A stretch of DNA of 64,000 bases. Origin: Christensenellaceae bacterium Phil1 (GTDB lineage Bacteria > Actinomycetota > Coriobacteriia > Coriobacteriales > Eggerthellaceae). This document shows, one piece after another, positions 58,243 to 64,000 of the stretch. The notes under the pieces were generated by a model. That model was not told where the DNA came from, did no database searches, and worked only from the letters and a program-made list of their open reading frames with translations. The DNA lies in NCBI GenBank assembly GCA_963595065.1, contig CAVBGJ010000007.1, positions 26,746 through 90,745 on the forward strand, written 5' to 3'. Both the position numbers and the translations under genes were made by a program. How positions within the stretch are numbered: position 1 is the stretch's first letter; each line of letters begins with the position of its first letter.

Positions 58243-58261
58243 GAAACCTCCAGTCGGTGCG

Positions 58262-59278
58262 CTAAGCCGCAGCTTCGGCTTGCTTGGCTGCTTCGGCGTT
58301 CTCGCGCTCCACCACCAGGCGCATGGCCTCGATGGCGCACTCGAGCATGGAATCGTCGGGCTCGTTGGTGGTCAGGCGCTGCATCTGCATGCCCGGCCAC
58401 AGCACCACGCGTACCAGCGGGTTGTTGGGGCGGCTGCCCGCCCACTTCACCGTTATCTCGTAGGATATGCCGGCAATCAACGGCATGAACAGGATACGCA
58501 CGGCAATAAGCAGCGCGAACGCCGCCGGCCCGCTGATGCCCCAGCTGGCGATGAGCAGGTTCAGCGGGATGATGGTGTACACCAGGATGGCGATGATCAT
58601 CACCATGATAAGGAAGGCCGTGCCGCAGCGCACATGCAGGCGCGGGAACTGGCGCGCGTTTTCCGGCGTGAGGTCCAGCCCATGCTCGTAGCAGTGGATG
58701 GTCTTGTGCTCGGCTCCGTGGTACGAGAACATGCGCTTGATATCGGACATACGCCCGATAAGCCACACGTAGAACACGAAGATGGCAACGCGCATAACGC
58801 CGTCAACGATATTCCACGCCAAGGGGCTCTGCTCGTATTCGCCCACCAGCAGGTTCGAGGCGAAGGCCGGCAGCAAGATGAACAGACCAATGCCCAGCAC
58901 CAAACCCAGCACCAGCGAAAGCGTCATCTCGCCCTTACCGAAGAACGGCTCGTCTTCAGCGGCATCCTGAGCTTCCTCGTCCTCATCGGCAAAGGCGTGG
59001 TTCGCGGCGATCTCAAGCGCCTTGAAGCCCAGCACCAGCGAATCCACCAGGGCAACGCAGCCACGCAACAACGGCCACGAGAACCACTTGGGGCGCGTGC
59101 CTTTCTTGGAAAGCGGATGCTGTTCGGAATGCATGTTGCCATCGGGCTCGCGCACGGCAACAGCCCAGTTCAGCTTGCCGCGCATCATCACGCCTTCGAT
59201 AAGCGCCTGACCACCGATATGGGTGCGGTTGCTGCCGTCTTCGGAAAATGCCCGCTTAAGGTCGCTGCCCTTCGCCAT
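58262..59278 (-). CDS. DUF1385 membrane protein
   Basis: IGGQALIEGVMMRG, YHGAEHK, RCGTAF. Confidence 0.92.
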   Translation of the reverse strand: MAKGSDLKRAFSEDGSNRTHIGGQALIEGVMMRGKLNWAVAVREPDGNMHSEQHPLSKKGTRPKWFSWPLLRGCVALVDSLVLGFKALEIAANHAFADEDEEAQDAAEDEPFFGKGEMTLSLVLGLVLGIGLFILLPAFASNLLVGEYEQSPLAWNIVDGVMRVAIFVFYVWLIGRMSDIKRMFSYHGAEHKTIHCYEHGLDLTPENARQFPRLHVRCGTAFLIMVMIIAILVYTIIPLNLLIASWGISGPAAFALLIAVRILFMPLIAGISYEITVKWAGSRPNNPLVRVVLWPGMQMQRLTTNEPDDSMLECAIEAMRLVVERENAEAAKQAEAAA

Positions 59279-59287
59279 GGAAAACCG

Positions 59288-59968
59288 CTAGTTCCTTTCT
59301 ACCTTGGGATAAGGCCTGCCGCAGCTCATCTTCCCTTCCGGGCAGTTGCCGCGCACGCAGGGGGCGCCGGCATCCATGAAGATGTAGGGAGCCGTGGGGC
59401 GCACCAGTTCAAGCATGCGATGAGCCATCTCGCGGATCTCCCACTGCGCGCGGTTGCAGCAACGCAGGCTGAAGAAGTGCAGCAGCTCGCGGATGTTCAT
59501 GGTGATGACGATCTTCGTTTCCGCGGCGTTGGGCAGCAGGTAGCGCGCATCTTCGGCGGGAACACCAGCCTCGAGCAGCTTATGGTAGGCATCCACCACG
59601 GCACTGATGGCCTCGTCGAATACTTCCTCGGTTTCCTTGGACGCGGAAACCGTTGCCGGCTTCACCACCTGCACGTCGCCCGCGAACTTCACGTAGCGCT
59701 GGGACTGCTGGTTGAAGCTTGCCAGGCGATGACGAACCAGCTGATGGGTAAGGGCGCGGGAAACGCCATCCACCGCGAAGGTGTAGCTCACGTGCTCCAG
59801 CGTGGAGAAATGCCCCGATTTCATGATGGTGGCAAGCACGCTCTGCACGCGCTCGGGCGGCATGGTTTCCATCAGCTCTTTCGCGCCCACCGGCGCATAG
59901 CACAGGCGCGCAGCGGTTGCCACGGCGCGCTCGGGGTTTTCGGGATATTGCAAAAGCTCTACGTTCAT
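59288..59968 (-). CDS. thyX: FAD-dependent thymidylate synthase
   Basis: HQLVRHRLASFNQQSQRY, AQWEIR. Confidence 0.96.
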   Translation of the reverse strand: MNVELLQYPENPERAVATAARLCYAPVGAKELMETMPPERVQSVLATIMKSGHFSTLEHVSYTFAVDGVSRALTHQLVRHRLASFNQQSQRYVKFAGDVQVVKPATVSASKETEEVFDEAISAVVDAYHKLLEAGVPAEDARYLLPNAAETKIVITMNIRELLHFFSLRCCNRAQWEIREMAHRMLELVRPTAPYIFMDAGAPCVRGNCPEGKMSCGRPYPKVERN

Positions 59969-60033
59969 AGGGCTTGTCCTTTCTCTTCATGCGCCATCAT
60001 AGCGAAACTTCCCGACGGCAAGCAGCCCACTAG

Positions 60034-60062
60034 AAAAGAAAAGGGCGCCCCGTGGGGCGCCC
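60034..60062 (-). terminator. Intrinsic terminator after rpmE
   Basis: GGGCGCCC-N4-GGGCGCCC followed by a T-rich tract on the minus strand. Confidence 0.75.
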
Positions 60063-60089
60063 GACCTGAATGCGTTTCCAGGATTGCTG

Positions 60090-60572
60090 CTACTCTGCAG
60101 CGTTCTCCTCGGCAGGAGCCTCGGTCGCCTCGGCAGCAGGTGCTTCCTCGGCAGCGGCCTCAGCCTCGGCGGCAGGAGCCTCAGCAGCGGCAGCCTCTGC
60201 CTCTGCAGCAGCCTTAGCGGCCTCTTCCTCGGCCTTCTTGGCGTACTCGGCAGCACGGGCAGCCTTGGCAGCAGCCTTAGCCTCGCGCTCGGCCTTCTTG
60301 GCAGCCTCTGCAGCCTCGACGGCGGCAGCGCGCTCGGCCTTCTTGGCAGCCTGACGAGCAGCAACGGTCTCGGTAGCAGCACCGAACTTATCAGCGAAGC
60401 GCTGTACGCGTCCGCCGGAGTCGATCAGCTTCTGGGTGCCGGTGAAGAAGGGATGGCAAGCGTTGCAGATGTCAACGCGGATCTCCGACTTCGTGGAGCG
60501 GGTCTGGAAGGTGTTGCCGCAGGTGCAGGTGACCGTGCAATCAACGTATTCGGGATGGATGTCGTTCTTCAT
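60090..60572 (-). CDS. rpmE: 50S ribosomal protein L31 with Ala/Glu/Lys-rich extension
   Basis: [30 protein letters not shown]. Confidence 0.95.
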   Translation of the reverse strand: MKNDIHPEYVDCTVTCTCGNTFQTRSTKSEIRVDICNACHPFFTGTQKLIDSGGRVQRFADKFGAATETVAARQAAKKAERAAAVEAAEAAKKAEREAKAAAKAARAAEYAKKAEEEAAKAAAEAEAAAAEAPAAEAEAAAEEAPAAEATEAPAEENAAE

Positions 60573-60668
60573 TGGTTCTCCTTCTGTGCCTTGGTTTCCG
60601 ACCAAGGCGAGACAAGCTTATTCAATATACCGCATCCACGCGGGTTTGCAAGAAGGAATAGAGGATAC

Positions 60669-61103
60669 CTACTTCTCTACATGGTTTCCGCGGTTCACAT
60701 ATTCGGGTTTCAGCAGCACTACCCCGCCGCGCTCGGCGATTTCCTCTTCCGTCATGCGTGTGTTCAGCTCGGCGGCGAACTCATCCAGGCCGATGCCGCA
60801 GCGCTCCAGCAGCACCATAAGGTGGTACACCACGTCGGCCGCCTCGTAGCGAAGATGGTTCACCTGAGCATCGTCGCCCTCGTTGTACACCACATCCTTA
60901 GCAGCCAGCGTGGCCTCGTGCGCTTCCTCGGCAACCTTCTTCAGCAAGGTGTCGATATCGCCGGTAAGCAGGCGATAGGTGTAGCTTTCCTCCCCAGCAT
61001 TGCGGCGCTCGTGGATGGTCTTGGCAAGCGATTCGAGCGATGCTCCGATTTGGCTTTCAGGAGCGGGACGATTGTCGGAAAGATAGGTTTTGCCGTTGGA
61101 CAT
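60669..61103 (-). CDS. hisE: Phosphoribosyl-ATP diphosphatase
   Basis: SYTYRLL, KKVAEEAHE, EAADVVYH. Confidence 0.92.
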   Translation of the reverse strand: MSNGKTYLSDNRPAPESQIGASLESLAKTIHERRNAGEESYTYRLLTGDIDTLLKKVAEEAHEATLAAKDVVYNEGDDAQVNHLRYEAADVVYHLMVLLERCGIGLDEFAAELNTRMTEEEIAERGGVVLLKPEYVNRGNHVEK

Positions 61104-61222
61104 GGTTCATAGCCTTTCGAATGTTTTGCGGCTAACAGGATAGCACGCCGCCAGGCGCAAGCTGCCGCCACCCAAGTCGCACCAAACACCGCAGCGGCCC
61201 GAAAATATGCGCACCAATAGAA

Positions 61223-61252
61223 AAGGCGCGCCCCCACTTGGGAGCGCGCCTT
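61223..61252 (-). terminator. Intrinsic terminator after rpoC
   Basis: AAGGCGCGC..GCGCGCCTT stem with an adjacent T tract on the minus strand. Confidence 0.75.
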
Positions 61253-61275
61253 CGGTTCAGCTTGCGGAAGAGTGC

Positions 61276-64000
61276 TTACTCTTCGTCGCCGCTCGCAGAT
61301 TCCTCGGCAGCACTGGTGCTATGGAAGCCCAGGTCGGAGGAGCCAAGAAGGGCATCGAGCTCTTCAAGGTTGCGCTGATAGGAGCGCGGGGGCAGAGCCT
61401 CGCCCAGCATGTCCTCGCCTTCGGTGTTGAAGGTTGCGGGCTGGTCGCCGCCGATGAGCACGGTGTCATCCGGAGAGAACACCATGTCCAGAAGCTGGCT
61501 CATGTCGTCGCGGGAAGCGGAAAGGTCGTCCTCGATAACATGCAGCAGGCCGTGCTTCTCCAGGCCTTCCTTCAGCTCCTCGATGGCCTTGGTGCCAATG
61601 CCCTCGATGCGAAGCAGGTCGTCCTCGTTGTGGCCAACCAGGTCGGCGACGGTCTCGATGCCCGCCTCGGAGAACTTGTTGGCCCAGCGCTGCGACACGC
61701 CCAGGTCGTCGTAGACGTACAGGCGGGCATCCTCGTCGGAGAGGTTGTTCGCACGGTAGCCTGCGGCGATGGAGGCGAAGTAGCTGGAGTAGTCGGAGCC
61801 GGCGCCCAGGTAGCCGTCGCCGTCAAGCGACCAATCCTGCGGCTGGGGCAGCAGCTCCTCGATCTCGCGCAGAGCCTCGGGGGCGGAATCGGGCAGACGC
61901 TCGGAATCCACTCGGTCCACCGGCACGCCGCGGTAGGTAAGGCCCACATCGTGGTAACGCTTCAGGCCGGTACCAGCCGGGATGGGCTTGCCGATGATGA
62001 CGTTCTCCTTCAGGCCCTGCAGGGTGTCCACCTTGCCCTCGATGGCAGCATCGGTAAGAACCTTGGTGGTCTCCTGGAACGATGCGGCCGAGAGGAACGA
62101 GTCGGTGGCCAGCGAAGCCTTGGTGATGCCCAGCAGCAGGGGCTGGCCCACCGGGGGCTCCTTGCCTTCGAGCACCAGCTCGTTGGCGGTGTCCTCGAAC
62201 TCGAAGCGGTTCACCTGGCGGCCCGGCAGGTAGTCGGAATCGCCGGGGTCGATGACGGCAACCTTGCGCAGCATCTGACGTGCGATGACCTCGATGTGCT
62301 TGTCGTTGATGTCTACGCCCTGGGACACGTACACGTCCTGGACCTGGGCAACGATGTAGCGCAGCGTGGTGTTCGGGTCGGTAAGGCGAAGCAGGTCGTG
62401 GGGGTTCACGGAACCCTTGGTGAGCTGCTGGCCAACCTCTACCTCGCAACCATCGGAAACGCCGGGAAGCAGCGTTGCGCGGGCGGATACCACGTACTCG
62501 CGGATATTGCCCTCCTGGTCGTGCACGGTAAGGGTCTTGTTCACCTTGTCGGCGGTAACCTGCAGGGTGCCGGAGATCTCTGCCAGCACGGCCTGGCCCT
62601 TAGGCTTGCGAGCCTCGAAAAGCTCGGTAACACGGGGAAGACCGTGGGTGATGTCCTCACCTGCAACGCCGCCGGCATGGAACGTACGCATGGTCAGCTG
62701 CGTGCCGGGCTCGCCGATGGACTGTGCGGCGATGATACCAACTGCGGTGCCGATGTTCACCGGACGTGCGGTGGCAAGGTCCCAACCGTAGCACTTCTGG
62801 CATACGCCGTGCTCTGCGTGGCAGGTCATGACGGTGCGGATGTTCAGCGACTCGACGCCTGCCGCCTCCATGGCCTTGAGCTGGTCCATCGAAGAGATGA
62901 ACTCGCCGGCATCGACGATAACCTCGCCATTGGCATCGGCAACAGCCTCGAGCATGCAGCGGCCGACGAGGTTCTCGTCAAGCTCGCCCTTGTCGTTATG
63001 AAGCGGGTACGCAACGCCATCGGCAGTGCCGCAGTCGATCTCGCGAACGATAACGTCCTGGGCAACGTCGACCAGACGACGGGTAAGGTAACCGGAGTCG
63101 GCGGTACGCAGCGCGGTGTCGGCCATACCCTTTCGGGTGCCGTGCGTGGAAATGAAGTACTCCAACACGGAAAGGCCCTCACGGAAGTTCGACTTAACCG
63201 GAATGTCGATGGTGCCACCCTTGGTGTCTGCCATCAGGCCGCGCATGCCGGCCAGCTGACGGATCTGCTTGATGTTACCTCGAGCACCGGAGTCGGCCAT
63301 CATGAAGATCGGGTTGAACGCGTCGAAGTTGGCAGCCATGGCATCGCCGACTTCCTCGTTCGCCTCGGTCCAGATGTCGACAACCTGTTTATGACGCTCT
63401 TCGGCGCTCATCAGGCCCATCTCGTAGTCTTCCTCGATGGCGGCAACCTTCATGTCGGCGGCAGCCAGGATCTCGCCCTTGCTCGGCGGCACCGTTGCGT
63501 CGTAGACGGAAACGGTGATGCCGGCGATGGTGGCGTAGTGGAAGCCGGTGTTCTTCAAGCCGTCGAGGATGGGCTCGACCTCGGAAAGGGTGTAGCGGTT
63601 GCATACATCCTCTACGATGCGGCCGATCTCCTTCTTGTTCATCTGGTAGTTCAGGAACGGATAGTCGTCCGGGAACACGCTGTTGAAGATGATGCGGCCG
63701 ATGGTGGTCTGCAGGCGCGTGCCGGCGGCATGCTCTTCGAACTCGTCGAACGCGTTGGCCACCTGGGTGTCCTTGGCAAGGCGAACCCAGATCTTGGCCT
63801 GCAGGTCTACGCCGGTACGCGCATCGTAGGCGTTGCGGGCATCAGCGAAGTCGACGAATGCGCGGCCCTCACCGGGGAAGCCGTCGCGGGCTGCGGTGAG
63901 GTAGTACATGCCGATGATCATGTCCTGGGTGGGAACGGTGAGCGGGCGGCCATGGGCAGGCGACTTGATGTTGTTGGCGGAAAGCATCAGCACGCGGGCC
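61276..64000 (-). CDS. rpoC: RNA polymerase beta' subunit (5' part outside window) with C-terminal extension
   Basis: [42 protein letters not shown]. Confidence 0.98.
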   Translation of the reverse strand, partial: ARVLMLSANNIKSPAHGRPLTVPTQDMIIGMYYLTAARDGFPGEGRAFVDFADARNAYDARTGVDLQAKIWVRLAKDTQVANAFDEFEEHAAGTRLQTTIGRIIFNSVFPDDYPFLNYQMNKKEIGRIVEDVCNRYTLSEVEPILDGLKNTGFHYATIAGITVSVYDATVPPSKGEILAAADMKVAAIEEDYEMGLMSAEERHKQVVDIWTEANEEVGDAMAANFDAFNPIFMMADSGARGNIKQIRQLAGMRGLMADTKGGTIDIPVKSNFREGLSVLEYFISTHGTRKGMADTALRTADSGYLTRRLVDVAQDVIVREIDCGTADGVAYPLHNDKGELDENLVGRCMLEAVADANGEVIVDAGEFISSMDQLKAMEAAGVESLNIRTVMTCHAEHGVCQKCYGWDLATARPVNIGTAVGIIAAQSIGEPGTQLTMRTFHAGGVAGEDITHGLPRVTELFEARKPKGQAVLAEISGTLQVTADKVNKTLTVHDQEGNIREYVVSARATLLPGVSDGCEVEVGQQLTKGSVNPHDLLRLTDPNTTLRYIVAQVQDVYVSQGVDINDKHIEVIARQMLRKVAVIDPGDSDYLPGRQVNRFEFEDTANELVLEGKEPPVGQPLLLGITKASLATDSFLSAASFQETTKVLTDAAIEGKVDTLQGLKENVIIGKPIPAGTGLKRYHDVGLTYRGVPVDRVDSERLPDSAPEALREIEELLPQPQDWSLDGDGYLGAGSDYSSYFASIAAGYRANNLSDEDARLYVYDDLGVSQRWANKFSEAGIETVADLVGHNEDDLLRIEGIGTKAIEELKEGLEKHGLLHVIEDDLSASRDDMSQLLDMVFSPDDTVLIGGDQPATFNTEGEDMLGEALPPRSYQRNLEELDALLGSSDLGFHSTSAAEESASGDEE

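Overview
High-GC actinobacterial chromosome segment, most consistent with Coriobacteriia/Eggerthellaceae (inferred from gene content and the RpoC/RpmE extensions). It has a housekeeping backbone (rsmA, tatD, metG, gltX, pth, prs, glmU, tRNA-Leu, ppx, yebC, thyX, rpmE, hisE, rpoC) and four accessory blocks. (1) 1-7.5 kb: a large secreted protein plus two substrate-binding-like exported proteins. (2) 7.8-15 kb: a rearrangement hotspot with intact and decayed AAA_14/DUF4143-type ATPase-wHTH-nuclease genes, each preceded by its own phased repeat array (23-bp or 32-33-bp period, tracking subfamily). Three unannotated type I toxin-antitoxin-like modules (26-aa membrane peptide plus convergent ~80-nt RNA) are interleaved, and a fifth ATPase cassette flanked by direct repeats sits at 29.3-30.9 kb. 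(3) 32-42.4 kb: a TetR-linked urea/guanidine carboxylase, CgdAB-like and allophanate hydrolase cluster. (4) 52.6-58.2 kb: a Ser/Thr kinase, HTH, SPFH, Zn-ribbon and membrane-protein block sharing a palindromic operator. RpoC ends in an alpha-CTD-like domain. All family names come from motif recognition by eye; no database searches were run. Several start codons were moved from the ORF track based on RBS position.
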